From assembly GCA_964016885.1 (NCBI GenBank), contig CAXHJY010001078.1:27227-91226 (forward strand): a stretch of DNA of 64,000 nucleotides. The letters are read 5' to 3'. The DNA is from Eledone cirrhosa (Eukaryota). Numbering within the stretch: position 1 is the stretch's first letter; each line of letters begins with the position of its first letter. Under the pieces are notes generated by a model, which had not been told where the DNA came from, did not search any database, and saw only the letters and a list, made by a program, of their open reading frames with translations. Shown piece after piece: positions 11,551-25,067 of the stretch. A program made the translations under genes and the position numbers.

Positions 11551-14311
11551 TCATGTGTTTATGTGTAGATGATGCCCACTAATGGTGCTGGACACTTGGG
11601 TATTTAGCAATACTTTAAATGCATATGAGGTGGTGTCAAAAGCACAGATTAATCTCGACAAGTTAGTGGGTGTGCAGTTTGGCATCTGGAGATGTAAGTC
11701 TGTGCCACAAGACAACATCTTAGAGTGCTGAACAGAGAGACTGGCTAAAATGCATGGAGTCTGGTTCAGTATAAACTTTCAGTTGGATAATAATGAGCAA
11801 AGGGTTATGAGCTAGGAAACTACTCTTATACAGAAATGAGCTAAGAGGAAGTTGTCCCTGAAACTTTGGTCAAGCATAAGGCATTCCTACTTGTTTCCAT
11901 TGGTCTTTGCCCCACATTTTGACTAACCAGTGTTTTTTCTTCTACTTCTTGTGAAAGGATCATATGTTCCACTTGTCAAAAAAACTACCTGCTGCTAAAA
12001 CCATCTACACAGATGGTTCACCTAACACATACTAATATGTACTAAAACTACAGCATTTACAGAGATTTCTAGATAGTGTGTAGGTGTGGTCTCTCTTTTT
12101 TGCATCAAGTACAGTTACATTTGAACCTATTACACTTTCACAAACAGAAGCTGGAAACAAGGTGGAGGGAATGTGATTTTATCTTTACTATTTGTGGAGG
12201 GAGATTTAGCTGCTATTTGTAACAGATCAAATTACCATGACTATCATAGGTAGGTGTGTTTATATTTCAGCCTTCACTTTCTAACTATGTATGTGTGTAT
12301 CCAGTAAATATTTTCTTTATCTGAAATCTTTCTACTTTTCTTGACCCATAGTCCTCCTTTCTTTCCCTACTCCATTTGACCTGGCTTTCAACTATCTTCT
12401 CTCCTGCCAATAATTCCACCATCCCCACTCCTCCCCTTCCTTACATATCTCTCTCCTCCCACCACTTCCTACTATATACACTGTCCTTTCCACATTCCCC
12501 TCATTTTATTTCTCCTTGGAAAAAGATGTGTCCAAAATATTGGATCTTTCACTCCTCACAGCAGATTAACTTGTTTTATTTATTTTCTTCTTTAATTTAT
12601 GAACCATTTTCTTAAAATATTTCTAAGCATCAAAGAAATAAGCTTTGAAAACTGAAAGACAAGAGAAACATCAATGTAATTCCTAAATAACTGATGGCTG
12701 CCCTATTTTTCATGGCTTGTAAATTATGCTTTTGACATGTTATAAGGTTGTAAGCATTCTCATTATCCACAAACCATCAAAGATGTTATCAGTAGCTTAT
12801 TTCTTTTTAATCTTTATCTTCTTTTACAGGATTTTGTTTTTAACATTTTCTTCATAATTTTCCCTCTTTATTTATAAATGATATCTTCTGCATCTTTTTG
12901 CTATACTATCTTTCATTTATAATATATGAGATGTTATCAAAAGTATCTCACATTGCAAATATTACCTATGGCATTTCTGCACATGAAATGATATCTTTAA
13001 GTTATCATTACTTTTCTTTTCGTTGTTTTTACTTTGGTGCTGTTTTTTTTTTTACCTTTTTAGGAAAGAGAGGAGTATATTTTACTATTACTTTTCATTT
13101 AGTATCATATGTATGTTAACCAGAAAATTGTCTCAACAAAACCACGACATGTTATAAGAAACAAATCCCATCTTTAGCTTGAAGTTTAATAAATCTCCTA
13201 TATAATTTAGATGTTTATACATAATGTTTAGCAATCTTGGAACAATAACCAATCTTTCTTAATATCAAATTATCTACCTTTATAAATTATCTATATTAAA
13301 TAGTTACATGTGTGTGATGTATACTCCTGCTAAGTCTATATATGTATATTTGTTAATTAACTCTTCTGAATCCTATTGTGCAGTAATAGCAAAGTGTTAG
13401 TAAACTGCATATATGCTATATGATTCCAAACTTTCAATTTAATTACATTGTTACTACTCTTGAGGAAACCAGGAATTCCACATTCTTTTACTCCCCATCC
13501 TTCAGTAAATCTGAAATATCATGTCTACAAAGGAAATTGTATCTAATAATATATAGAGAGAGTTTTCCTTGAATGTTTACTTAGTTGTTTTCAAATTTAA
13601 ATATGTGCATATGAGCTGTGAGGACAGCGTTAACCATGAAATATAATAAATTCCCAAATATACACCATATATGTGAACATAGAAATACTTCATGTGTTGA
13701 GGTAGTTGCATATAGTGACCTTTAACTGCTCCTTTACATCTATTATTGCTGAAGAATGAAAAGTAAATTTGTATAGACAGTTAAAGGAAAATAAATATTA
13801 TTTTAAGTTCAATTTCGAGAGAATTTTGCAATATTAATCAATATTGAAAACTGTTACTATGGTAAAAATTACAAATTTAATGTGTCATAGTGAAATTTTG
13901 CTTTCAATAACTTAACACTATCAAAAAAGATGTATAAAATAATAATAACAATCTAACTAACAATTAATTATATACAGTATTAATATTATAAATTGAAATT
14001 AAAGTGAACCAAGAATAGACAAGAAAGAAGGAAAATTATGACAAAATTTTAAATACAGCAACCAAAATCTAAATTTAACAGAATATGGTTTCTGCAAACT
14101 CATAGAGGGAGTTATGCAAATGTAAAATTACAAAAAAAATAATAAAAAATAATAAAAGAACAAATTAATAGAAAATAATCAATTTTGTAAATTAATTAGA
14201 GATGATGGTAATAATAGAAATTCATTTCCTATAGATAAAGACATAATTAGTTTAACACAAAGGCTGAGGATATGAAGACAGCTGAGGAGGAAAGCAGTAT
14301 AGCAGCTCCAA

Positions 14312-14549
14312 CCCTTTTGATACCAACATTCCTGAAACCACCCTAGTATTATAATACACACGTGCTCGGTTTAAAATGTTATATTTTAAAACATTGTGTC
14401 ATAATTTTACTCAAGAATTATTTGTTAAATAATGTTTCAAATATCAGTTGAATAACAGGCAGGTTTGTTAACTGAATAAAATATGAATTTTCAAAATTAA
14501 TTGATAAACATAGACAGTGTATTTTATCAGAAATATAGCAACAAAAGGG
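14312..14549. mobile_element. piggyBac-type MITE, second family
   Basis: CCCTTTTGATACC...CAACAAAAGGG|TTAA; related copies at ~55144-55210 and ~61275-61490. Confidence 0.65.
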
Positions 14550-14802
14550 TTAAAAAGTAAAGACTACAGTAAGCTGGCAAAACAAAACTCCTTATAGTTA
14601 ATATGATGTAACACAAATTGGAAATTGTTCTCCTGATTCAGCCAACATCTGTCCTTATTACTAATCAATATTTTAATGAATGTACAGCCTTTTACCCTGT
14701 CTGTCAAACAAATGTCAAAAACGCCTACTTCATACAAGAAATTAGTATTTTGTCAACAGTATTGGTTCTCTCTCTCTCTCTATATATATATATATTCATT
14801 TT

Positions 14803-15126
14803 CATTTTACATCCACTTTTCCCTGCTTGCAAGGGTGGGACGGGAACTGATTTTGGCTTGATTTCTACAGCTGGCTGCCCTTCCTAACACCAACCTCATT
14901 TACAGTGAGTGCTGGATGCTTTTTTGCCGTGGCGCCTACACGACCACTTTGCAGTGGAATGATATGGACCCCAGTCCTATCATCTCATTTCTACAGCTGA
15001 GTAAACTGGAGCAATGTGAAATAAAGTGTCTTGCTCAAGGAAACAACACATCACCCGGTCTGAGAATTGAACTCACAACCTTTCGATTGCAAGGCTAATG
15101 CTCTAACCACTAAGCCATGTGCCTCC
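14803..15126 (-). mobile_element. tRNA-headed CORE-SINE with RTE-derived body and tail
   Basis: Minus strand: ggaggcacatggcttagtggttagagca...gagttcaattc, CORE-like ccttgagcaagacacttt, ttaggaagggca module, RTE-like 3' end. Confidence 0.8.
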
Positions 15127-15174
15127 ATATATATATATATATATATTTGTGTTCGTTTATATATATAGAGAGAG

Positions 15175-15592
15175 AGAGCATAGGCCTTGCAATCGAAGTG
15201 TTGTGAGTTCAATTCTCAGACCAGGTGATGTGTTGTTTCCTTGAGCAAGACACTTTATTTCACATTGCTCCAGTTTACTCAGCTGTAGAAATGAGATGAT
15301 AGGACTGAGTTCCCTATCATTCCACTGCAAAGTGGTCGTGGAGGTGCCACAGCAAAAAAGCACTCAGCCCACACTGTAAAGTGGATGTGTAAACGCCACG
15401 GAAAAAAAACACCCAGCACTCACTGTAAATGAGGTTGTTGTTAGGAAGGGCATCTAGCTGTAGAAATCAAGCCAGAATCCGTTCCCGTATGAACAAGACA
15501 TGGTCAGCCGACTGGTTACTGCCCACAACAGGACAACCCATCTAACCCATGCTAGTGTGGAAGAACGGACGTAAAACGGTGATGATGATGAT
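15175..15592 (+). mobile_element. CORE-SINE of the same family, head-to-head with the previous copy, (ATG)n tail
   Basis: gagttcaattctc...ccttgagcaagacactttatttcacattgctccag...ttaggaagggcatc...ggacgtaaaacggtgatgatgatg. Confidence 0.8.
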
Positions 15593-16996
15593 ATATGTGT
15601 TTTCGTTTATATATATATATTTGTGTTCGTTTATATATATATATTTATATATATAAAATGATGATGAGGAAAATGATGATGATATATATACAAACATAGA
15701 TTTGTTAATGATTGAGATGTGTGAAGAAACTAAATATTATTTATTTCATTAGTACCACAATTGTTTATGTACTAGTAGTAACGATAACAGATCTAAACCA
15801 TGTTAGTATTATGAGAGATAAGGTCAAATTCATTCACCTCAACATATCATTGGCACTAATTTAATCAAACTGTTGATCAACATTGATCAGAGATTGAAGT
15901 GACCTCAGAATAGTGTGATGGTGTAAAGCCTCTTGTCCAGCTACACCCAGCTCCAAATAAAATAGTAATTATGTTAAAAGAAATTTTTAAATTTCATAAC
16001 ATTTAATTTTAGTAATGTACTTATTGAAAAAAAAAAAATATTTTAAAAACTTATTTTATATAGTATTTTTAATTATTTTTGTAAATTTTTTTCTCTAAGT
16101 TTTTAAATATCATAGCAACTATTATATTAAAAGCTTTACCAGCCTGAAGCATCACAAGAAGAATTTAAAAAGAGAAAAATATTAAATATAGTTAGTTAAA
16201 ACTCTTACCCTATCATCTAAATAACATGGTGTAAAGGTAACCTCTCTAATAATATAATTTCCTTATTTTTGCCCATTAAAATATCTAATTTTTTCTTTCT
16301 TTTGGTTATATGTTAGTTATTTTGGTTATTTTTTTTTTTTTATAATTTCTTGTATAAGTGGATGTTTGAGAAGCATCATTATACGATGATATATTGTTTA
16401 ATACATGTATGTAGGCATGTATTCACTATCACATCCGTTCATATTTTTTCACACATACAGCAACACATATCAATACATATATACATGCATAGATTTATGA
16501 AAAATATGGTGAAACATTAGGAAAATTTAAACATTTAACTGTACATATTCACACTCATATATGCACACACACATACATTTACACAGATAAACACACTCAA
16601 ATATATATGCAACATTCAACCATACTTGTATGTAATTAAGCACTATATGCCATTGGATAAACATCCTCCTTCTTGTATGTATATAGAGTTGTAAATCAAA
16701 GAGATATAGGAATAATAAAAAAAGCCACTTGATATAAAATTATGTTCACATTTCTAAATACATTTTCAATCAAAAATGGACACACACTAAACAAACTTCC
16801 AAAAGTAAATATTTATCTAAACATATCTAGAAACACACATACCTTTGTATTTAAAGTAGCATACATGTATCTACACAAACACATACAAATACGCTGTAGC
16901 ATAAAACCAATATATATGTGTGTGTCTATGTATGTATTTATTTCTGTATGTATGTATATGTATGTATATGTATGTATATGTATGTATATGTATGTA

Positions 16997-18204
16997 TTGG
17001 GGTGAACAGAAAGTTATTGACTTTGGCATTTTTTAACATTAGGAAAATTTTACAAGTGAAAATAATCATAATTTGCAATTACCATCTGCCATCATTTAGA
17101 AAGGTACATGATTTCATCCCTGTATTCTGGCTTTGATGCAAAGAATTCCATGAGCCACTGATTTAACTGGTCTTTATTAGTGAAGGTCTTTGACTGCATT
17201 GCATTGCTCATTGAGAGAAAAAGATAAAGGTCCATAGGCGCAAGGTCAGGCAAATATAGAAGGTGGGGCAGAAGCTCCCAGCATGGCTCCAGTAGCTTCT
17301 CAGAGGTCATCCTTGATTTATGGGGCTGAGCATTATCATGAAAGAATCAAACAGGAACATGTTGTGGACACACATGTGCAATTTTACATGCTAATCTGTT
17401 AAGCTGTTGACAATAGACATCAGAGGTTATGCTTGTGTTTGTTGAGAGCAGCTTCTTGTGGATGACATCTAGTCCCAGTAGACACCCAGTAGAGCCTTGC
17501 AAAGGTGGAGACCAGTGTTTTCTTGCCATTGTGGTGCACCTCTTTATTAGTCCATGATCGCTTGTATTTGAAATTAATGTAGAAACACCATTTTTCATCA
17601 CCAGTGACAATGAAATGTAACTAAGTGGTTGTCCGATGGCAGGAGAACAGAAAAGTTCTTGCTGCCACCTAACTTTCAGGATTACAGTTAGACAGATTGT
17701 AGGAGATGCATTGGTCTAGATTTGACACCATTCCTCTTACATGCAAGGGATTGAGAATAGTTGTTTCCAATGCCCCGGTCATTTTTGAGAGTTGACGTGA
17801 TGTCTTACACTGGTTCGCTTTCACCATCTTCCACAGTTGCTCATCATTGAAGGTGGATGGATGTCTTGGATGAGGTCAATCTTTAATGCTGTAATCACCA
17901 GGATGGAAGCATGTGAATCAGTCTCTGACATAACATGTGATGCAAATGTATTGTAAATGCAACAACTTGAAGCTGGTGTGCTTAGGCAAGATTTGAAGCC
18001 ATAAAGTAAACAACCACAAATAAACAATTTGGATAATTTCATCTTGCTTCTTCTTTCATGGCACAACAGAGAATGAGAAATGCACGTAATACATACCAAT
18101 GTCACTTCTTAAATATGTGTGCCTGCACAACCTTTAACATATCCAGAAAACTCTACCAAAATACCTCCTTTTGAAAAGCAGTGGGCACTTTCTGTTCAAC
18201 TCAA
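16997..18204 (-). mobile_element. Decayed full-length mariner (DD34D-type) transposon
   Basis: TIRs TA|TTGGGGTGAACAGAAAGT and ACTTTCTGTTCAACTCAA|TA; WELLPHLLYLPDLAPMDLYLF resembles YSPDLAPSDYHLF; HDNA codons at ~17330-17341; many frameshifts. Confidence 0.88.
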
Positions 18205-18336
18205 TATGTATGTATGTATTTGTGTGTATATATGTATATATATATATGTATGTATATATATATATATATGTTTATATATATAAACGATGATGTTTATATA
18301 TATATAAACAATGATGATGATGTTTATATATATATG

Positions 18337-18367
<31 letters not shown>

Positions 18368-18561
18368 TGTATATATCATCATCATCATCACCGTTTTACA
18401 TCCATTTTTCTACACTACTATGGGTTAATGTATGTATATATATATATATATATATACAAATATATATATATATGTGTATATAAGTATATATATATTTGTA
18501 TATAAGTATATATATATATGTATATAAGTATATATATATGTATATATTATGTATATATGTA

Positions 18562-18599
<38 letters not shown>

Positions 18600-18658
18600 G
18601 TATATGTGTGTATATATATATATATTATATATGTATATGTGTGTATATATATATATAT

Positions 18659-18694
<36 letters not shown>
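18205..18694. repeat. (TA)n/(TATG)n array containing a short RTE tail remnant
   Basis: Direct inspection; catcatcatcaccgttttacatcc at ~18376-18425. Confidence 0.85.
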
Positions 18695-18697
<3 letters not shown>

Positions 18698-19700
18698 GGA
18701 GCGACTGGGAATAAATTTAAACACCGTTACTCAATGAAACATTCCCAGCATCGTTATGTAACTACCCTTGCAAACAAGACCTGGCAACTGAGGGAAAGTA
18801 ACCATCAATACACCCTGAAGTGGAAAAAATTATCGAACGCGCCCCCATATCGGAGTGGTATGAGAAGCCGGCGGTTATGTGACCTTGAGCTGTTCCACAT
18901 TTTGAGTTCGAAGAATAAGTTACTCTACAACAAAAGCGAAAGATCATGTAACCATAGACTCAAAGAAAAGTTTTCGCACTACAAGGTACAAATTGAACCC
19001 TTAACCTCTTACTACCACCTGGCAAACTGCATATACTTAGACTTGAATCTAACCCCTTTAATTACCACAAAAACCAATACCTATTTCCCTCCCTCCTCCT
19101 TCATTCCTTTCCTATTTCTTTTCGTTTTCTTCCTTTCTTCTCTCCCTTTTTTCTATCTTTTCTTTTCTTCTTTCTGTTCACCCTTCTTTAATTTTTTTTT
19201 ATATATATATTTATCTCTCTATCTCCCCCCCCCCTCTCTATACCCCCCCTCTCTCTATATATATATAAACAATTCAATTCTCTTTAACTCCCTACACTGT
19301 AAATCAAGGACATGAAGTCTATGAATCAAAACTGATCAAGGAATCCTTCCATCTCTGCCCCTCCCTCCATCTCAGTTTGTCACTCTACTTCCTAAGTCTT
19401 CTATCCCTTCCTCTCTCTATATACTACTCCATTTGTCAATCCACTTTCTAATTCCGCTTCCTCTCTCTCTATACTAATAAATACAATTTATTAAAAAAAA
19501 ATGTTTTTATATATATTAAGAAGTTTTTAAGAGTAACTTATTCACTAGTTTGAAAATTTGGACATGTACAACAATTATTATTGAGTGGCTGCTATTTGCA
19601 GTATAGCAATATAAAGTTGCACTTACCAATGAAACGGTCGTAAATACCTGGATAAAATCCTTTTTTTAATGCTTACCAGTGTTTTCTCTTTTATCCTATA
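18692..19700 (+). mobile_element. Penelope-like element (Neptune-type) 3' fragment: GIY-YIG C-terminal half plus 3' region
   Basis: [13 protein letters not shown]...TTLANKTWQLR...W...APPY...LCDLE...LL.NKSERSCNH. Confidence 0.8.
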
Positions 19701-19756
19701 TATATATATATATGTAGGTATATATATATATATATATGTATGTGTATATATATATA

Positions 19757-20766
19757 TCATCATCACCGTTTTACGTCCGTTCTTCAACGCTAGCATGGGT
19801 TAGACGGGTTGTCCTGTTGTGGGCAGTGTCTGGTCGGCTGACCATGCCTTGCTCATGCAGGAACTGATCTGGCTTGATTTCTACAGCTGGATGCCCTTCC
19901 TAACACCAACCTCATTTACAGTGAGTGCTGGGTGCTTTTTCGTGGTGCCTACACGTCCACTTTACAGTGTGGGCTGGGTGCTTTTTTGCCGTGGCACCTC
20001 CACGACCACCTTGCGGTGGGGGGAGTGGGGGCATATTGTTTATATGCTTCAGCATGTACCCATGGGAGGTCGGGTACCCTGTATTACTGCGTGACGCCAG
20101 AAGTCACGGTCGTGTGTCATTGACTTTGAGAGGTGTAGTTGGGTAAGGTCGGCTTTTATCACCTCATCCCAAGTCATCTTGGGTCTCCCCACTCCGCGGT
20201 TTCCATCAACTTCTAGTGCTCTGCACCTTTTTATGCAGCTGTCATCCTTCATACGCATCACATGTCCATACCAGCGTAACCGCCTCTCCTGCACGCAGCA
20301 TTTGATTCCTCTTATGCTCAGTCTCTCTCTCAATTCCTTTATGCTTTGTCGTTCACGTATATTACTGTTACACATCCATCGGAGCATGCAGGCTTCGTTT
20401 CTCTCTAATCTACGTAAGTCTTCCACCTTCAGCGCCCAAGTCTCACTACCATGCAACATCGCTGTTCGGATACATGCATCATACAGTCTGCCTTTCATTC
20501 TGAGGGAGAAGCCTTTTGCAGCTAGCAGTGGTAGTAGTTCCCTAAACTTCTTCCATCCCGTTCTTACCCTAGTTATTGTACTTTCTGAGCACCCACCTCC
20601 ATTGCTAATTCGGTCACCTAGGTAGCAGAAGCTGTCTACTGTTTCTACAGGGCCCTCCCAGAGATTGGTGGTACTTGTTTCCTGTGGCTGTTTGCTTGCT
20701 GTTTCAGCACAGCTGCTGCATGTGAATCCTACATTCTTAATTAAGCTTCCTGAGATCCCGCTACAT
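19757..20766 (-). mobile_element. RTE LINE family C, 5'-truncated
   Basis: ORF 20049-20498 ([26 protein letters not shown]); near-identical to 56415-57426. Confidence 0.93.
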
Positions 20767-20865
20767 ACATATATATATATAGGTATATATATATATATGT
20801 ATGTGTATATATATATATAGGTATATATATGTATGTGTATATATATATATAGGTATATATATATG

Positions 20866-20897
<32 letters not shown>

Positions 20898-20904
20898 GGT
20901 ATAT

Positions 20905-21908
20905 ATGGAGAAGAAGTTTATGAAACGGAAATGCGGGTATAAAGAATTTATTAGGTAACAATTGTTTCTATAGTGTATGGGTTACTTATACCTCGCTATT
21001 TGAATAATATAAAAATATTATCATAAACCGAAGGTACACTGTAAGAAAACACACCATGTCTTCAGACCTTTGTAGTAGAATGATATGAAAATATTTTATA
21101 CACTAGATAAAAGAGAAAGAAGGAGGTAGGAAGGGAAGAGGAAGAGGGAAGCGAGTCAGGGGGAGGGAGTCCTAGGATTTAAGACTATCAGAGTAGTAGA
21201 GATTGTAAGGAGAGAATACTTTGGCAGCAGTTAGCTTAATGAGGTGTGTTAGGGTTGGCGGGGGAAGTAAATTCTTCTAGTGGTGTTGTTTGGACAAAAT
21301 TTAGTTAAAGGGGTCAAAGTGGTACAGAGTTACCGACAAGTTATTGGGGCTATTATAGTAGCAGGTTATTTCTAAAGGGGTCCAAAAACAGTGTTTAGTA
21401 CTATTATTATAGAAAGCCATATCGTGTGTATAAACATATAAAACAGAAATTTGCAAACGGTGGTGTAAAAAGGTAACATTACATGCATTTAAAGAAAGAA
21501 AAAGTCGTTTTCAAACGATGGTTACAGTAAAGTGAAAGTTCAATTTTGCTGTTCAAAAGTTTGTTTTACGACGTTAAAATGCAGTATATCTCCATATTGC
21601 ATAATTTACAGAATCGCTGATTTTGCTGATATGCAGGCGCAGATGCAATAATTTGCCAATCAAGGGAGAATGCTTGATTGTTCCTCCGAAGCTGCCAGGC
21701 TTTATCGGCGAGGGTTGTTACGGAGCGCATTTTCTCAAGCCTGATCGAAGATCGATGTTGGTATAGGCGAGCTTTGAAAGATGTTGCGGTACATCCGACG
21801 TAATACGATTTGTTGGTTCCGGAATTTATTGTACATCAGTAGACAATATTGCGTGCTAGGCACTGGTTATTCAGTGGGCACGTACCTGGTTTGGTGCAGT
21901 TACAGTTA
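20905..21908 (-). mobile_element. Penelope-like element (Neptune-type) 3' fragment: Cys-rich linker, GIY-YIG, 3' region
   Basis: [22 protein letters not shown]...YYVGCTATSFKARLYQH...TTLADKAWQLR...FCKLCNME...LLNSKIE...CNHR, with two in-frame stops. Confidence 0.85.
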
Positions 21909-21909
21909 T

Positions 21910-21955
<46 letters not shown>

Positions 21956-21977
21956 ATATATAGGTATATATATATAT

Positions 21978-22016
<39 letters not shown>

Positions 22017-22120
22017 GGTACATATATATATATAGGTATATATATATATATATATATATAGGTATGTATATATATGTATATATATGTATAGGTATATGTA
22101 TATATGTATATATATGTATA

Positions 22121-22167
<47 letters not shown>

Positions 22168-22174
22168 GTATATG

Positions 22175-22242
<68 letters not shown>

Positions 22243-22448
22243 AATATATATATATATATGTATATATATATGTATATATATGTATATATATATATGTATA
22301 TATATGTATATATATGTATATATATATATGTATATATATGTATGTATATATATGTATATATATATATATATGTATGTATATATATGTATATATATATGTA
22401 TGTATATATATGTATATATATATATATATATATGTATGTATATATATG

Positions 22449-22521
<73 letters not shown>

Positions 22522-22528
22522 ATATATG

Positions 22529-22582
<54 letters not shown>

Positions 22583-22583
22583 A

Positions 22584-22616
<33 letters not shown>

Positions 22617-22622
22617 TGTATG

Positions 22623-22653
<31 letters not shown>

Positions 22654-22863
22654 ATATATGTATATATATGTATATATATGTATATATATGTATATATATA
22701 TATATGTATGTATATATATGTATATATATATATATATATATGTATGTATATATATGTATATATATATATGTATGTATATATATGTATATATATATATGTA
22801 TATATATATATATGTATATATATATATGTATATATATATATGTATATATATATGTATATATAT
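21909..22863. repeat. ~950-bp (TA)n array with TG interruptions
   Basis: Direct inspection. Confidence 0.97.
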
Positions 22864-22910
22864 GCAGTGGTGTAGTTAGGGTATACGGCGCCCAGGGCAA
22901 GCATAAAAAT

Positions 22911-23737
22911 TGCACACAATGCCCAGGTCTCACTGCCATGTAACATTGCTGTTCGTATGCAGGCATCAAACAGCCTGCCTTTCATTTTTAGAGAGAACCC
23001 TTTAGCGGCAAATAGTGGTATAAGCTCTCTGAACTTTTTCCATCCAGTTCTGACTCTAGCTACTGTACTTTCGGAGCACCCTCCACCACTGCTGATTTTG
23101 TCACCCAAGTAACGGAAGGTGTCCACTATTTCTATAGAACCATCTGTGCAATGGAATGAGCTAGTATTCTGTGGGCACTTGCTGCTACTTATTGCACCTG
23201 AGCACCGGCCACATATAAAATCTATGTTCTTAGTTAGCTTACCTGTGATCCCACTACATCTTTTATGCACCCATACTTTGCATTTGGGACATATGAAAGG
23301 CAGGCTGTATGATGCCTGCATACGAACAACAATGTTACATGGCAATGAGACCTGGGTATTTTGTGCAGAGAATATACGCAGACTGGAGAGAAACGAAGCT
23401 TGCATGCTCCGCTGGATGTGTAATAGTAATATACGTGAATGGCAAAGCATAAACGAACTAAGGGAGAAATTAGGAATAAGAGGGATCAGATGTTGTTTAC
23501 TCGAGAGAAGACTACGTTGGTACGGTCACGTGATGCGCATGAAAGACGACAGCTGTATAAAAAAGTGCAGGGCAATAAAAATAGACGGTAGCCACGGAGT
23601 AGGCAGACTCAGAAAAACCTGAGACGACTTGATAAATTCCGACCTCACACACTTACACCTCTCCAAGACAATGTCACTGGACCGAGATCTTTGGCGCTAC
23701 ACAGTCATACAGAAGACCCACCTTGCCTAAGTGCAAA
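22911..23737 (+). mobile_element. RTE family B insertion with inverted 5' segment
   Basis: 22911-23291 matches ~1750-2130 (minus-sense); 23293-23730 is plus-sense ORF end MKGRLYDAC...QKTHLA*. Confidence 0.9.
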
Positions 23738-23749
23738 TATATATATATT

Positions 23750-23782
<33 letters not shown>

Positions 23783-23946
23783 ATTTATATATATATATAT
23801 TTAAATTTATATATATATAAGCGATTCTTTGCTTAAATTTTAATCTGTTATTTTAATAAATATTTGCTCTACGGTTCTTATATATTTGATATATATTTAT
23901 CCTTATCGAGCCCTCTTTGGATTTTAGACTTCAAATTTATTATTAT

Positions 23947-24008
<62 letters not shown>

Positions 24009-24442
24009 AGATAGATAATCATTTATTTTAGATTACTCTGTGAAACTAAATTATGAAATCTAATTATTAAATGTATTATTTTTGAGGTTTCGTATTTTAA
24101 GTTCAAACGTAATCGTTTCTGTGAACAATTGAAATGAAGCTTGAAGGTATATGTATATAGTCGTTTGTATTCATGAAATATATGTGTGAAATTTATATGC
24201 ATTGTTCATCATGTGAATAGATGCACTTGTGCATTATTGTATGTATATACAACATGCATACATGTAATTTCATATTTAAAGATATACACCAACATGTTGT
24301 ATGTTTGTATGTAAAACTATAAAGATGTATGTGTCTCTCTAATTGTAAATCAGTATGCATTTGTCTCTCATTATAGATGTACAACTGACTACATATGTTC
24401 TGTGTAGATTTGGATCAGTAAATACCTGCAACAGTATATGTA

Positions 24443-24900
24443 TCATCATTATCATCATTGTTTACCATCCATTTTCCACCCTTGCATAGGTTAGATAGGT
24501 TATGTTATGTGACAAGTCTGGTCCAGTGACCTCATCTTACTAATATGGATTTGTATTTTGGCTTATTTTCCATGGCTGGATTCTCTTCCTAACTACAACC
24601 ACATTTCAGGGCGATTTATATTGTGGTAATGAAATGACCAATTACAGGGTGAACTGTATATTTTTTGTTGTGTCACTGTCATTAATACTTTACAGTCTGG
24701 ACTGGATGCTTTTTCTGGTGTCACCATCACAATCAGCTTATGGGATGGCCTGGGTGCTTGTGGAGTTATGGCACCAGATCAGCATACAGGATGGAATTGT
24801 AATATTGTGGGAAGTCAGATGTCAAGTGCGTTTAGCTTTCATGGGCTGGGCACATGAGGTGTATCAAGGCTGGGGGTGAGAGGGGCAGGTAAGTTCAACA
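24443..24900 (-). mobile_element. Degenerate RTE 3' UTR / RTE-tailed SINE
   Basis: (CAT)n, ttccacccttgcataggttaga, ggctggattctcttcctaac module. Confidence 0.55.
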
Positions 24901-25034
24901 TCAAATAGATGTTGGATATTTAGGTGAGAGTGGGTTATTAAGGTGGGGGGAAGATCGATGCAGGCTAGTGTGTCCCCTGTATGTTGATTTTATTTCATTT
25001 GTGGACATGGGGAGGTCTTCCGCATTTCAGCATG

Positions 25035-25067
<33 letters not shown>

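Noticed and set aside
21836-23450. Long ORFs of 377 and 514 aa and overlapping YI-rich ORFs
   Set aside because: Stop-free translation of (TA)n arrays fused to RTE and PLE fragments; not genes.
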